Assembly (NCBI GenBank): GCA_002269645.1
Contig: NIVC01000415.1
Span: forward strand, 556,771-620,770
Direction: 5' to 3'
Length of the DNA stretch: 64,000 bases
Source: Macrostomum lignano
Taxonomy: Eukaryota
Below, piece by piece: positions 18,401-31,300 of this stretch (position 1 is its first letter; every line of letters starts with the position of its first letter). A program made the translations under genes and the position numbers. The notes beneath the pieces are model-generated. The model was not told the DNA's origin and did not search any database. It saw only the letters and a program-made list of their open reading frames with translations.

Positions 18401-20982
18401 GCTTTGTGTAGCTCAGTGTGTACGTAGATCTCTGCTTTGATTGTGTAGCTCAGTGTGTAGATCTCTGCTTTGATTGTGTAGCTCAGTGTGTAGATCTCTG
18501 CTTTGATTGTGTAGATCTCTGCTTTGATTGTGTAGCTCAGTGTGTAGATCTCTGCTTTGATTGTGTAGATCTCTGCTTTGATTGTGTAGCTCAGTGTGTA
18601 GATATCTGCTTTGATTGTGTAGCTCAGTGTGTAGATCTCTGCTTTGATTGTGTAGCTCAGTTTGTAGATCTCTGCTTTGATTGTGTAGCTCAGTGTGTAG
18701 ATATCTGCTTTGATTGTGTAGCTCAGTGTGTAGATCTCTGCTTTGATTGTGTAGCTCAGTGTGTACGTAGATCTCTGCTTTGATTGTGTAGCTCAGTGTG
18801 TAGATCTCTGCTTTGATTGTGTAGCTCAGTGTGTACGTAGATCTCTGCTTTGATTGTGTAGCTCAGTGTGTAGATATCTGCTTTGATTGTGTAGCTCAGT
18901 GTGTAGATCTCTGCTTTGATTGTGTAGCTCAGTGTGTAGATCTCTGCTTTGATTGTGTAGATCAGTGTGTAGATCTCTGCTTTGATTGTGTAGATCTCTG
19001 CTTTAATTGTGTAGTTCTCTGCTTTGATTGTGTAGCTCAGTGTGTAGATTTCTGCTTTTATTGTGTAGCTCAGTGTGTAGATCTCTGCTTTGATTGTGTA
19101 GCTCAGTGTGTAGATCTCTGCTTTGATTGTGTAGATCTCTGCTTTAATTGTGTAGATCTCTGCTTTGATTGTGTAGCTCAGTGTGTAGATTTCTGCTTTT
19201 ATTGTGTAGCTTAGTGTGTAGATCTCTGCTTTGATTGTGTAGGTCAGTGTGTAGATCTCTGCTTTGATTGTGTAGCTCAGTGTGTAGATCTCTGCTTTGA
19301 TTGTGTAGATCAGTGTGTAGATCTCCGTTTTAATTGTGTAGATCAATTGTGTAGATCTCTGCTTTGATTGTGTAGATCTCTGCTTTGATTGTGTAGATCT
19401 CTGCTTTGATTGTGTAGATCTCTGCTTTGATTGTGTAGATCTCTGCTTTGATTTTGTAGATCTCTGCTTTGATTTTGTAGATCTCTGCTTTGATTGTGTA
19501 GATCTCTGATTTGATTGTGTAGATCTCTGCTTTGATTTTAGATAAATTGTCTAAATATCTGGTTCAACTGTTTACATGTGGGATTTCATTGTCCAGACTT
19601 GACTCCCACTTCTCAAATCCCCCACCCAAGGTGCAAGAGCGTCGTCGAGCAATCAGCTGCGGTCTGGAAGCTCAAATCCAGCAAGGCCTGGAGCGAACCC
19701 TGGCCGCCATTGTCGGCCACGTCCGGCACCTGTTGAACTCCGAGCAGAAAGCTGCTGATTTTCGCCCACCAATTGGCGGTTCAGACGGCGGCGCCAGCAT
19801 CAGCGGTGGCGCTACGCACGCCTGCGCCCAGGTCTGCGCCTACATCAGCGGCCACGTGGTGGGGCGGCTGGCCTTCCTGGACGGCAAGAATGGGCAGTTG
19901 TTCCGGGATGAGCTGGGGATCCGGCTGTACAGGTGGGTGGCGGAGATGGAGGGTTGGATTGGAGATGGGATGGAATTTTGTGATGCTGACAATGGGGATT
20001 TGGGATGCTGAGGATATGGGGATTTGGGATGCTGAGGATATGGGGATTTGGGATGCTGAGGATATGGGGATTTAGGATGCTGAGGATATGGGGATTTGCG
20101 ATGCTGAGGATATGGGGATTTGCGATGCTGAGGATATGGGGATTTGCGATGCTGAGGATATGGGGATTTAGGATGCTGAAGATATGGGGATTTGGGATGC
20201 TGAGGATATGGGGATTTGGGATGCTGAGGATATGGGGATTTGGGATGCTGAGGATATGGGGATTTGGGATGCTGAGGATATGGGAATTCGGGATGCTGTG
20301 AATGGGGATTTGGGATGCTGAGGATGGGAATTTAGTATGTTCAGGTTATGGTGATTCGGGATGCTGAGGATGAGGATTTGGGATGCGGAGGATAATGACT
20401 TGGGATGCTGAGGATATGGGGATTTAGGATGCTGAGGATGGAGATTTGCGATGCTAAAATTGGAAACTTGGGATGCTTTAGGACGGAGATTTGAAATGCT
20501 GAGGAAGGGGACAAAAGATGGGATTTAAGTATGAGGATTTTGGGATGCAGGGGTATGGGGAAAATGAGATAGGAAATTATGGAGAGGATCAGGTTTGAAG
20601 ATAAGGATTACGGGATTAAGGATTTGAACGAGAAGCCACATTCTGCATCCCATATATCTCCCCCGACCCCAGATGCCTGGTGGAGCACCTGCACAAGTTC
20701 AAGTACTCCCTGTCTGGCGGCCTGCAAGCGCTGTGCGACCTCACGGAGTACATGGCCTGTCTGAAACCGGTCAGGCACTCCGGGTTTCTTGTTGACGGCC
20801 ACGACCTGTACGATGTGCTGTGCAAACTGCTGAACTTGCTGGTGATCCAACCAGCTAATCTGCACGACATCTGCGAGGAGGAGTCGCTTCGATCGCTGAG
20901 TAGGGAGGTCAAGCAGAGCTTCATTATGCTCAGGACCGACAGCGGTAGCGCTGAGGTCAAGGCTGCGTTAGAAAAGATTTAA
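12414..20982 (+). CDS. EXOC5: Exocyst complex component 5 (Sec10), 3' seven exons; N-terminal ~90 aa not found in the window
   Basis: Exons 12414-12608, 14001-14097, 15097-15371, 15708-16001 (GC donor), 17956-18384, 19631-19932 and 20673-20982 join in phase. Matches to human EXOC5 motifs: HFDQLDRRITAVSHKAGHLGDQLE, TIQKLYQI, FLEAVREANMIFHL, EQKAADFRP, LDGKN, LNLLVIQPANL, FIMLRTD. Confidence 0.93.
12650..13810. repeat. 30-bp minisatellite (TTCTTCAGGGGATGCCGCATTGACCCCYCA) in an EXOC5 intron
   Basis: 10-aa periodic ORFs; variable C-run. Confidence 0.97.
14165..15050. repeat. 19-bp minisatellite ACCTGACATCATCAGCATC in an EXOC5 intron
   Basis: Read directly from the sequence. Confidence 0.97.
15415..15648. 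repeat. 22-bp minisatellite GAAGTGTAATTAGTTGCTACCT in an EXOC5 intron
   Basis: Read directly from the sequence. Confidence 0.95.
16060..17860. repeat. 21-23-bp CT-rich minisatellite (ATCTCTCTCTCGATTCTCTCATC) in an EXOC5 intron
   Basis: Read directly; source of the 702-aa spurious ORF tail. Confidence 0.97.
18405..19530. repeat. 33/21-bp composite minisatellite (TGTGTAGATCTCTGCTTTGAT +/- TGTGTAGCTCAG) in an EXOC5 intron
   Basis: CVDLCFD(CVAQ) periodic ORFs. Confidence 0.97.
19990..20450. repeat. 24-bp minisatellite GATGCTGAGGATATGGGGATTTGG in an EXOC5 intron
   Basis: Read directly; decays toward the right. Confidence 0.95.
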
Positions 20983-21119
20983 GAATAATTTTTTACCAGT
21001 TGCGATTTTATGGAGGGGGTGGTTATTATCTGTTGTGAGATTTTGAATTGCAGTAGTTTGTTGTTTTGTATCCGGCTTCATTAGCTTGCAGTTACCTGTT
21101 CTTGAGCGCAACAGTGCTA

Positions 21120-21535
21120 CACACCCTCTTACCCTCTCACCTTCTTACCCTCTTACCCTCTTACCCTCTTACCCTCTCACCTACTCTCTTACCCTCTCAC
21201 CTACTCTCTTACCCTCTCACCCACCCTCTTACCCTCTCACCTCTCTTACCCTCTCACCCTCTCACCCTCTTACCCTCTCACCTGCTCTCTTACCCTCTCA
21301 CCCGCCCTCTTACCCTCTCAAGTACTCTCTTACCCTCTCACCCATCATCTTACGCTTTCATCTACTCTCTTATCCTCTCACCTACCCTCTTACCCTCTCA
21401 TTCACCCTCTCACCTACCCTCTTACCCTCTCATTCACCCTCTCACCTACCCTCTTACCCTCTCACCTACCCTCTTACCCTCTCACCCACCCTCTTACTTA
21501 CCCTCTCACCTACCCGTTTACCCTCTCATTCACAC
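21120..21535. repeat. Degenerate CT-rich (TTACCCTCTCA-type) repeat downstream of the EXOC5 stop
   Basis: Read directly from the sequence. Confidence 0.9.
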
Positions 21536-21735
21536 CCCCGACCTCTCACAGAAACTCATTTCACTTTCATTTGTTTTATCAAACAATAATGTAAAAGTTC
21601 TTTAAATTATTTTCTTTTTTGTAAACAGAAGCAGACTATATGAAATTATCTTGTGATGAATTACTCATTTTAATTACGCGTACCTTCCATCATTGTTCGG
21701 TGCTAATAAATCTTATTATATATTATTTCCCATAA

Positions 21736-22390
21736 CGCTTCCGGACATTTGCCCTCCGGCACTTCCCCTCCGGCACTTGCCCTCCGGCACTTCCCCTCGG
21801 CGGCGTTTGCCCTCCGGACATTTGCCCTCCGGGACATTTCCCCTCCGGACATTTGCCCTCCGGACATTTCCCCTCGGGGACATTTGCCCTCGGGGACATT
21901 TGCCCTCCGGACATTTGCCCTCCGGACATTTGCCCTCCGGACATTTGCCCTCCGGACATTTGCCCTCCGGACATTTCCCCTCCGCACATTTGCCCTCTGC
22001 AAATTTACCCCCTCGCACATTACTCACCTCACCTCCTCCTGTACCCACCCGTCGTTCCTCCAGCACCAACCTCATCCTCCCGCCTCTTGCATCCATCAGG
22101 TTCTTCTCCAGCCAACAACTCATCCTTTTCTAGTAAGCAATATATACCGCGCCCTACCCTATCCCCAGCCTTACCTGTACTTTTCCAGAGGGGAAATGTC
22201 CGGAGGGCAAATGTCCGGAGGGGAAATGTCCCCGAGGGCAAATGTCCCCGAGGGCAAATGTCCGGAGGGCAAATGTCCGGAGGGCAAATGTCCCCGAGGG
22301 CAAATGTCCTCGAGGGCAAATGTCCGGAGGGGAAATGCCGGAGGGCAAATGTCCGGAGGGCAAATGCCGGAGGGCAAATGTCCGGTAGCC
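21736..22390. mobile_element. Non-autonomous Mutator-like/foldback element (655 bp) with long TIRs built from 15-bp tandem units
   Basis: 9-bp TSD TTCCCATAA at 21727-21735 and 22391-22399. Left arm (GGACATTTGCCCTCC)n; right arm is its reverse complement; termini CGCTTCCGGACA / GGCTACCGGACA. Confidence 0.85.
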
Positions 22391-22904
22391 TTCCCATAAT
22401 TATACGAAACTGTTATTTTTTATTGTTATCGCATTGTTACTTCAATAAGTGTAATTTAGTAACTGGGTGCAATTGAGATAATACACCCCAACTTTTATTC
22501 TATATTAAGCAATAATTATTTCCATTAATAGCACTGACTCTGTTAAAATCTCTCTTGTCGAGATGTGATCTGTCTCTGCTTTTCTGTATGTTGTGCTGTG
22601 CCTTCTTATTGCTTTACATAATAATATTTGTTATAATTTACCCATGTGAAAATTCATACAAATCTTTATGCTAATGAAACAATTAGTCGTAGTTATGAAA
22701 CATAGTCAAACTATATAATTGCGCCTTAGTTACGGCTAATATTTTTCTCAATTGAATATTAGACGCCAGGTAAAAACTGTTTTTTCTTTGATTCTTTGAC
22801 ACCTAATGGTATATAGTTTCTTTATTTAGCAGAGTATACTACTCACAGCGGCAAGTAAATAACTTAAAATTGATTTTTGTCTTAATCAATCAAAAGTGGG
22901 TCAG

Positions 22905-23970
22905 GACTATACCTGTAACCCATTGTTGTCAATCAGTCATCAGTGGGTCATGACTACCTTTAACCCATTGTTGTCAATCAGTCACCATTGGGTCATGACT
23001 ATACATTTAACCCATTGTTGTCAATCAGTCACCATTGGGTCATGACTATACCTTTAACCCATTGTTGTCAATCAGTCACCATTGGGTCATGACTATACAT
23101 TTAACCCATTGTTGTCAATCAGTCACCATTGGGTCATGACTATACATTTAACCCATTGTTGTCAATCAGTCATCAGTGAGTCATGACTATACCTTTAACC
23201 CATTGTTGTCAATCAGTCACCATTGGGTCATGACTATACATTTAACCCATTGTTGTCAATCAGTCACCATTGGGTCATGACTATACATTTAACCCATTGT
23301 TGTCAATCAGTCACCATTGGGTCATGACTATACATTTAACCCATTGTTGTCAATCAGTCACCATTGGGTCATGACTATACATTTAACCCATTGTTGTCAA
23401 TCAGTCATCAGTGAGTCATGACTATACCTTTAACCCATTGTTGTCAATCAGTCACCATTGGGTCATGACTATACATTTAACCCATTGTTGTCAATCAGTC
23501 ATCAGTGGGTCATGACTACCTTTAACCCATTGTTGTCAATCAGTCATCAGTGGGTCAGGACCACCTTTAACCCATTGTTGTCAATCAGTCATCAGTGGGT
23601 CAGGACTACCTTTAACCCATTGTTATCAATCAGTCATCAGTGGGTCAGGACTATACCTTTAACCCATTGTTGTCAATCAGTCATCAGTGGGTCATGACTA
23701 TACATTTAACCCATTGTTGTCAATCAGTCATCAGTGGGTCAGGACCACCTTTAACCCATTGTTGTCAATCAGTCATCAGTGGGTCAGGACTACCTTTAAC
23801 CCATTGTTGTTATTCAGTCATCAGTGGGTCAGGACCACCTTTAACCCATTGTTGTCAATCAGTCATCAGTGGGTCAGGACCACCTTTAACCCATTGTTGT
23901 CAATCAGTCATCAGTGGGTCAGGACTACCTTTAACCCATTGTTGTTATTCAGTCATCAGTGGGTCAGGAC
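22905..23970. repeat. 47-49-bp minisatellite (TTTAACCCATTGTTGTCAATCAGTCATCAGTGGGTCAGGACTACC)
   Basis: Read directly; no unique spacers. Confidence 0.96.
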
Positions 23971-24604
23971 TTATTTAAAAATCTCGCAGCCATGCCTAGC
24001 ATGAGCCATAAATGTCTTTCTGTACGGTACACCTGGTCTGTACTTCCCTGGATCAATCTAATCATGTGAGCTACCTTGTAGTTAGTCACAGACAGACCAG
24101 TCTGGATGTCATGTGAATTTTGGCCTCGAGATTTAAACCACGTGGGCTTCTCCCCCTAGTATGCAGCCGCCTAGAGTTCCAGGCATTTCAGAGGCGATGT
24201 ACTTTTAGTAAATGACGAAATTTTTATTTTTTTCAAACCTTCAACCCTTTACACTCGAGTTCCGTTCTCTATACTAGTAGTGCTAGTACTGTCCCTTGTT
24301 GCACTGTCCCCAATGTCCCCAATGTTTGCTTGCACGCTGTGTCGACGTTCTTCGCCCTATTGTGTAGTTAGCTAGTTTGTACAGACCACTGGAGCGAGAG
24401 AGAAAGAGAGAGAGTATGTGACTTCGTACTTTACCGTAATAAACTTACGAATATACTGATATGTTAAATATTTTCGTGTCACATGGTTCTGGCCTGATCC
24501 ACTGACATTCTCTTATCTATATTGAATAAAATATTTTTGCACCGACTCTGTCTTAGTCTACCTCATATCTTTATAAATCCACGTAAAGTATCTGTCTTGC
24601 TATG

Positions 24605-24910
24605 TACCTCAGTGACTTAATGTGTACCTCAGTGACTTAGGTACCCGCAGTGTGACTTAATGCATGCCTGCAGTGTGACTTAATGTGTGCCTGCACTGTG
24701 ACTTAATGTGTGCCTGCACTGTGACTTAATGAGTACCTCAGTGTATCTTAATGTGTACCTCGGTGTGTCTTAAAGTGTACCTGTAGTGTGACTTAATATG
24801 TACTTCAGTGTGTCTTAATGTGTACCTGCACTGTCTTAATGTGTACCTCAGTGTATCTTAATGTGTACCTCAGTGTATCTTAATGTGTACCCCACTACGT
24901 CTTAATGTCT
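24605..24910. repeat. Degenerate 22-bp minisatellite (CTTAATGTGTACCTCAGTGTGT)
   Basis: Read directly from the sequence. Confidence 0.88.
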
Positions 24911-25744
24911 AGCTCAGTATTTGTATTAGAGTCTGATTCAAGTTAGCAGTTAGCCGGATGCTGTGTTCTGCTTTGCTGCCGTCCCATCTGCGTAGGCGGG
25001 CCCAATGAACTCTGCCTTGATTTAGTCCCACGTCCCAAATCTGTACATCCGTAGTGTATGTGCACTTTTAGATGTTTTCTCTCTCTGACTCTGCATAGGG
25101 TCTACGCGTCTGGTTATAGCTAAGGCGGCCATGCTGTGTGTGTACGACAATTTTTTGAAGAAACCACGTGGGCAACCCCCCTCTCTTCCCCTCTTCCTGT
25201 GTGTGTGTCTATATTCCAGGAAATCGACCCGTACACCCAAAAGCTAGGAGCTGCAATTTCATTGGTCTATTCTCAAGGTCAGCTCTGCGTGTCTGGCTTT
25301 GAGGGCGGCGGGGAGGGGGGTTTCCTGGAAAGCTGTCTCTCTCTCTCTCTCAGCTGAGCTTGGCCTGGTAATCACCCCACCTCTTTGTTAGCCAATGAGA
25401 ATAGGCGGTAATGTAAGACATTGGTAATGTTATAATGTATATATATATATATATATATGTTTAGGCAGCCCGTTAATTCTCTTAAACTACGTTCTAAAAC
25501 GTTCTTAAGCTCAGTTTCAGTTTTTAAGCATTTTTTCATCTATTAATTTTTTCATATTTTCAGCTGCAAAGCGGAAAGCAGAGTTAATAGATCTCAAAGA
25601 GAAGCAAAACAAAGGAGCTGATTTTTTAGTTTAATACTAACTAGCGCGGGTCATCGACCATCGTTCGTTTGCTGTTCTATCCTGGTAAGTTTTTATGCAA
25701 ATTTATTCTCTTTAAATTTGAATGTGAGAATAATTTTCAATTAT

Positions 25745-26915
25745 GGAGAATCATCTGTTACACAGTGAGCATCATTTGTTAGACAGAATCACCTGTTCTG
25801 TTAGATAATGAGAATCATCTGTTAGACAGTGAGCATCATCTGTTAGACAGTGAGCATCATCTGTTAGACAGTGAGCATCATCTGTTAGACAGTGAGCATC
25901 ATCTGTTAGACAGTGAGAATCATCTGTTAGACACTGAGCATCATCTGTTAGACAGTGAGCATCATCTGTTAGACAGTGAGCATCATCTGTTAGACAGTGA
26001 GCATCATCTGTTAGACAGTGAGCATCATCTGTTAGACAGTGAGCATCATCTGTTAGACAGTGAGAATCATCTGTTAGACAGTGAGAATCATCTGTTAGAC
26101 AGTGAGCATCATCTGTTAGACAGTGAGCATCATCTGTTAGACAGTGAGAATCATCTGTTAGACAGTGAGAATAATCTGTTATACTGTACGTGAGAATCAT
26201 CTGTTATACTGTACGTGAGAATCATCTGTTATACTGTACGTGAGAATCATCTGTTATACTGTACGTGAGAATCATCTGTTATACTGTACGTGAGAATCAT
26301 CTGTTATACTGTACGTGAGAATCATCTGTTATACTGTACGTGAGAATCATCTGTTATACTGTACGTGAGAATCATCTGTTATACTGTACGTGAGAATCAT
26401 CTGTTAGACAGTGAGAATCACCTGCTAGACAGTGAAAATAATCTGTTAGACAGTGAGAATCATCTGTTAGACAGTGAGAATCATCTGTTAGACAGTGAGA
26501 ATAATCTGTTAGACAGTGAGAATCATCTGTTAGACAGTGAGAATCATCTGTTAGACAGTGAGAATCATCTGTTAGACAGTGAGAATCATCTGTTAGACAG
26601 TGAGCACCATCTGTTAGACAGTGAGAATCATCTGTTAGACAGTGAGAATCATCTGTTAGACAGTGAGCACCATCTGTTAGACAGTGAGAATCATCTGTTA
26701 GACAGTGAGCATCATCTGTTAGACAGTGAGCATCATCTGTTAGACAGTGAGCATCATCTGTTACACAGTGAGCATCATCTGTTAGACAGTGAGAATAATC
26801 TGTTAGACAGTGAGCATCATCTGTTAGACAGTGAGCATCATCTGTTACACAGTGAGCATCATCTGTTAGACAGTGAGAATAATCTGTTAGACAGTGAGCA
26901 TCACCTGCTAGACAG
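25745..26915. repeat. 21-bp minisatellite CATCTGTTAGACAGTGAG(C/A)AT with an embedded 25-bp variant block (~26170-26400)
   Basis: 7-aa periodic ORFs. Confidence 0.96.
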
Positions 26916-26989
26916 TTTAGTAAGGCTGGATATCGCGTCGAGGGTTTTGGCTGTGTAGTATTGGCGGCATGTGCGATAGAAAATTCTGG

Positions 26990-27240
26990 AATTTTCTATT
27001 TTCCTCTCCCTCTGTCTGCTTCCCCTCGGGAAGGGAGGGGAACCTCGCTCTACCTCTGCACTAATGGTAGGCCTTGTGTGACTCATAGGCCTTTGCCTAG
27101 AGAGAATTCTAGAAATTTCTGCCAGCCAATAAGCATCGGCTGCACAAGGAGGGTTGCGGGAAGCTCGTCAGCTGTTTCTCCAGATCGAGACGTGGGCGGT
27201 TGAAGCAGAACTCAGGACTGAGTGGGTGGTGACTAAGTAG
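26990..27240 (+). promoter_or_regulatory. Candidate promoter/5' regulatory region of eEF2K
   Basis: GC-richer island containing TGACTCA (~27080), CCAAT (~27126) and GGGCGG (~27194), about 1.1 kb upstream of the ATG. Motif-level evidence only. Confidence 0.3.
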
Positions 27241-28342
27241 AAATCTTTTGCTTCTTGTTTTTTTTCTCTCACCGAAATCTTTTTAAGAATCCAGGGTCCA
27301 CAATTGCGTAGTGTTCAAGGACGTTAGCATTTTCTTGAGTGTTGCTCCATTTTTGTGTCTGGAACTCCAGGGTCCCTGAGGCTTATTTAAAGAAATTTAG
27401 TTTTGTATTTTAATTTCTATTCTGCGTTTATTTATTTTTTCTATTCTTTTTAATTGTCGCAGTTTAGGCGTAGACGAATGAGCAGGTGCGTAAAAATACT
27501 ATAATTTAAATCATTTTTGTTTAAATTATCAAAAAATTTCTATTGGATTTAAGATAACCAATATTCGGTGAACTTTTGCGCTTATTTTATTCCACAATGG
27601 TCTTTTTGGTGTGTTGCAGTTAAAAGAATGTGATTATAGTTCTCAATAAATATGAAGTATATCGTTTGTTTTTCATGCAATTTTATTAATTTTAAAACCA
27701 CTTAATTTAACAGTCTTAAATTAGTTGCTTAAACCACCCAGGAGTACAAAACCGCCCTTCAGTTATATTGCAAACAACTCAACTATAAGTGACTTAAGCA
27801 ACTCTGGGGGCGACTCTTAGAACTTTTTAACGACTCAAACGACTGCAATGCAACGGAAAGGCGAATGTTGAGTCGTGAAAAAGTCATCCAAGATTCGTTG
27901 TGTTAACGCTTCACTTTCTACTAACTCAAGTAGACTAAATAGAGTGGTTATAAATGCAAAATGCGACTGTATAGCGCCTCTAGCACGCCTCAAATACGAC
28001 ACTCTACGACCCCAGACTTACTTGCGACGCCTCAGAGACGAGTCGTCTAGAGTCACTTCTTTCCTATTTTACCTGTGTTACCTGCCAAGACTTTGAAACA
28101 ACTCTGGGGACACCTATTGGCCTGATCGGTACCGATTTCATCTGTGCAACTCGCCTCCCGCAGGACCGAGCGCTCGCTACACCAGCAGCAGTTGCCTCTC
28201 TCCCTATGCCTTTGACCCGACAGTTCGCTTATCAACAAATCACCAATTACGACGATATTCTCAGCATACTACTACCAAATCAATCCGAATCAGTAGCTAA
28301 TAGCGCTAATCTTAGTCAATTTGAATTATCATCATCAAAAAA

Positions 28343-31300
28343 ATGTCCGATCGTGAAGAAATTTTCAAACTCGAAGGAGACGCGAATTTCGACGAGCAAG
28401 AGGATGATGAAGAGGAGGAGGACGATGACTCATCGATGCCCGAGCTCGGCTGCGAAGTGTCCATCGAGGATCTGTGCTGCGACGCCGACGATGAATGCGG
28501 CAACTCCAACGCCTCCGCCGCGGCTCGTCCGGAGCCTCGCCGATTGACTTTGCAGCAGCGCCGAAGGTTGAATTTGTACAGCCGGCCCGTTGGACTGCCG
28601 ACTGGGGCCGCTGCCGCCAATTCTAACACTAATTCTGGCAGCAATGCCATTGGCGTTGCTATGGACGCCTCCTGGGCGGTGCACGATACGCCGACTATTC
28701 ACGAGGAGGATTCCGGCGTAGGATCGGTCACGTCGCCTGAGGTAATTGCGTCTGCTGCGTTCCTGACTTTACACATTGAGGTCTTGTGTAGCTTTCGATT
28801 TTTCCGGAGTCATCAGTTCCCCTCTCCTGAATCTTCAGGTTCCCCTCTACTGAATCTTCAGGCTCCACTCTCCTGAATCTTCAGGTTCCCTTCTCCTGAA
28901 TCTTCAGGTTCCCCTCTCCTGAATCTTCAGGCTCCCCTCTCCTGAATCTTCAAGCTCTCCCTCCTGAATCTTCAGGCTCCCTTCTCCTGAATCTTCAGGC
29001 TCTCCCTCCTGAATCTTCAGGCTCCCCTATCCTGAATCTTCAGGTTCTCCCTCCTGAATCTTCAGGCTCCCTTCTCCTGAATCTTCAGGTTCCCCTCTCC
29101 TGAATCTTCAGGCTCCCCTCTACTGAATCTTCAAGCTCTCCCTCCTGAATCTTCAGGCTCCCTTCTCCTGAATCTTCAGGTTCCCTTCTCCTGAATCTTC
29201 AGGTTCCCTTCTCCTGAATCTTCAGGCTCCACTCTCCTGAATCTTCAGGTTCCCTTCTCCTGAATCTTCAGGTTCCCCTCTCCTGAATCTTCAGGCTCCC
29301 CTCTCCTGAATCTTCAAGCTCTCCCTCCTGAATCTTCAGGCTCCCTTCTCCTGAATCTTCAGGCTCCCTTCTCCTGAATCTTCAGGCTCTCCCTCCTGAA
29401 TCTTCAGGCTCCCCTATCCTGAATCTTCAGGTTCTCCCTCCTGAATCTTCAGGCTCCCTTCTCCTGAATCTTCAGGTTCCCCTCTCCTGAATCTTCAGGC
29501 TCCCCTCTCCTGAATCTTCAAGCTCTCCCTCCTGAATCTTCAGGCTCCCTTCTCCTGAATCTTCAGGCTCTCCCTCCTGAATCTTCAGGCTCCCCTCTCC
29601 TGAATCTTCAGGTTCTCCCTCCTGAATCTTCAGGCTCCCCTCTCCTGAATCTTCAGGTTCCACTCTTCTGAATCTTCAGGTTCCCTTTCCTGAATCTTCA
29701 GGTTCCCCTCTACTGAATCTTCAGGTTCCCTTTCCTGAATCTTCAGTACCTCTCTCCTGAATCTTCAGGTTCCCCTCTCCTGAAACTTCAGGCTCCCCTC
29801 TCCTGAATCTTCAGGCTCCCTTCTCCTGAAACTTCAGGCTCCCCTCTCCTGAATCTTCAGGTTCCCTTTCCTGAATCTTCAGTACCTCTCTCCTGAATCT
29901 TCAGGTTCCCCTCTCCTGAATCTTCAGGTTCCCCTCTACTGAATCTTCAGGTTCTCCCTCCTAAATCTTCAGGCTCCCTTCTCCTGAATCTTCAGGTTCC
30001 CCTCTCCTGAATCTTCAGGCTCCCCTCTCCTGAATCTTCAGGCTCTCCCTCCTGAATCTTCAGGCTCCCTTCTCCTGAATCTTCAGGCTCCCTTCTCCTG
30101 AATCTTCAGGTTCCACTCTTCTGAATCTTCAGGTTCTCTTTCCTGAACCTTCAGGCTTCCCTCTCCTGAATCGAATTAAATACCCTAGCAACCAACTACA
30201 ATACGAGCATCCTCAATCCTTCCTGGCGCTCAGGTGCAACCCGAGAGCGCCGAGTTCCCCAACTGGCGTCAGCGCGGCGGCCGCATCCGCACCATGTCTG
30301 AGCCGCCGTCGCCAGCTGATGAAGACGAAGCTGCCGAGCAAGCCGCTGCTCATAACAACGGGCCTGGCAACGAGTTAGCCGCCGCAGGCGCCAGTGGAGG
30401 CGCCGCCGCGGGTATTGCTGGCACTAGGAGAACTCGTACTCAGTCCACTTCGCAGGCGGTGCGTTGCTAATACCTACTTCAATGCATAGATTTATCATTG
30501 ATATATAGTTGAGATTAGCGACGAGAAAGTTAGAAATAAGAGACGAGAAAGTTAGAGATTAGAGACGAGAAAGTTAGAGATTAGAGATTGAGAAAGTTAT
30601 AGATTAGAGATTGAGAAAGTTATAGATTAGAGACCGAGAAAGTTAAAGATTCGAGACCGAGAAAGTTAGAGAATAGAGACCGAGAAAGTTAGAGATTAGA
30701 GACGAGAAAGTTAGAGAATAGAGACCGAGAAAGTTAGAGATTAGAGACGAGAAAGTTAGAGATTAGAGACGAGAAAGTTAGAGATTAGAGACGAGAAAGT
30801 TAGAGAATAGAGACCGAGAAAGTTAGAGATTAGAGACGAGAAAGTTAGAGATTAGAGACGAGAAAGTTAGAGATTAGAGACGAGAAAGTTAGAGATTAGA
30901 GACGAGAAAGTTAGAGAATAGAGACCGAGAAAGTTAGAGATTAGAGACGAGAAAGTTAGAGATTAGAGACGAGAAAGTTAGAGATTAGAGACGAGAAAGT
31001 TAGAGATTAGAGACGAGAAAGTTAGAAATTAGAGACGAGAAAGTTAGAAATTAGAGACGAGAAAGTTAGAGATTAGAGACGAGAAAGTTATAGATTAGAG
31101 ATTGAGAAAGTTATAGATTAGAGACCGAGAAAGTTAAAGATTCGAGACCGAGAAAGTTAGAGAATAGAGACCGAGAAAGTTAGAGATTAGAGACGAGAAA
31201 GTTAGAGAATAGAGACCGAGAAAGTTAGAGATTAGAGACGAGAAAGTTAGAGATTAGAGACGAGAAAGTTAGAGATTAGAGACGAGAAAGTTAGAAATTA

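Noticed and set aside
22905-23970. CRISPR-like array (palindromic ~48-bp unit); also the 39- and 55-bp arrays
   Set aside because: No unique spacers, no cas genes, eukaryotic context.
24250-24600. Possible solo LTR (AATAAA, TGTCACA followed by TGGT)
   Set aside because: No matching 5' terminus or TSD could be identified.
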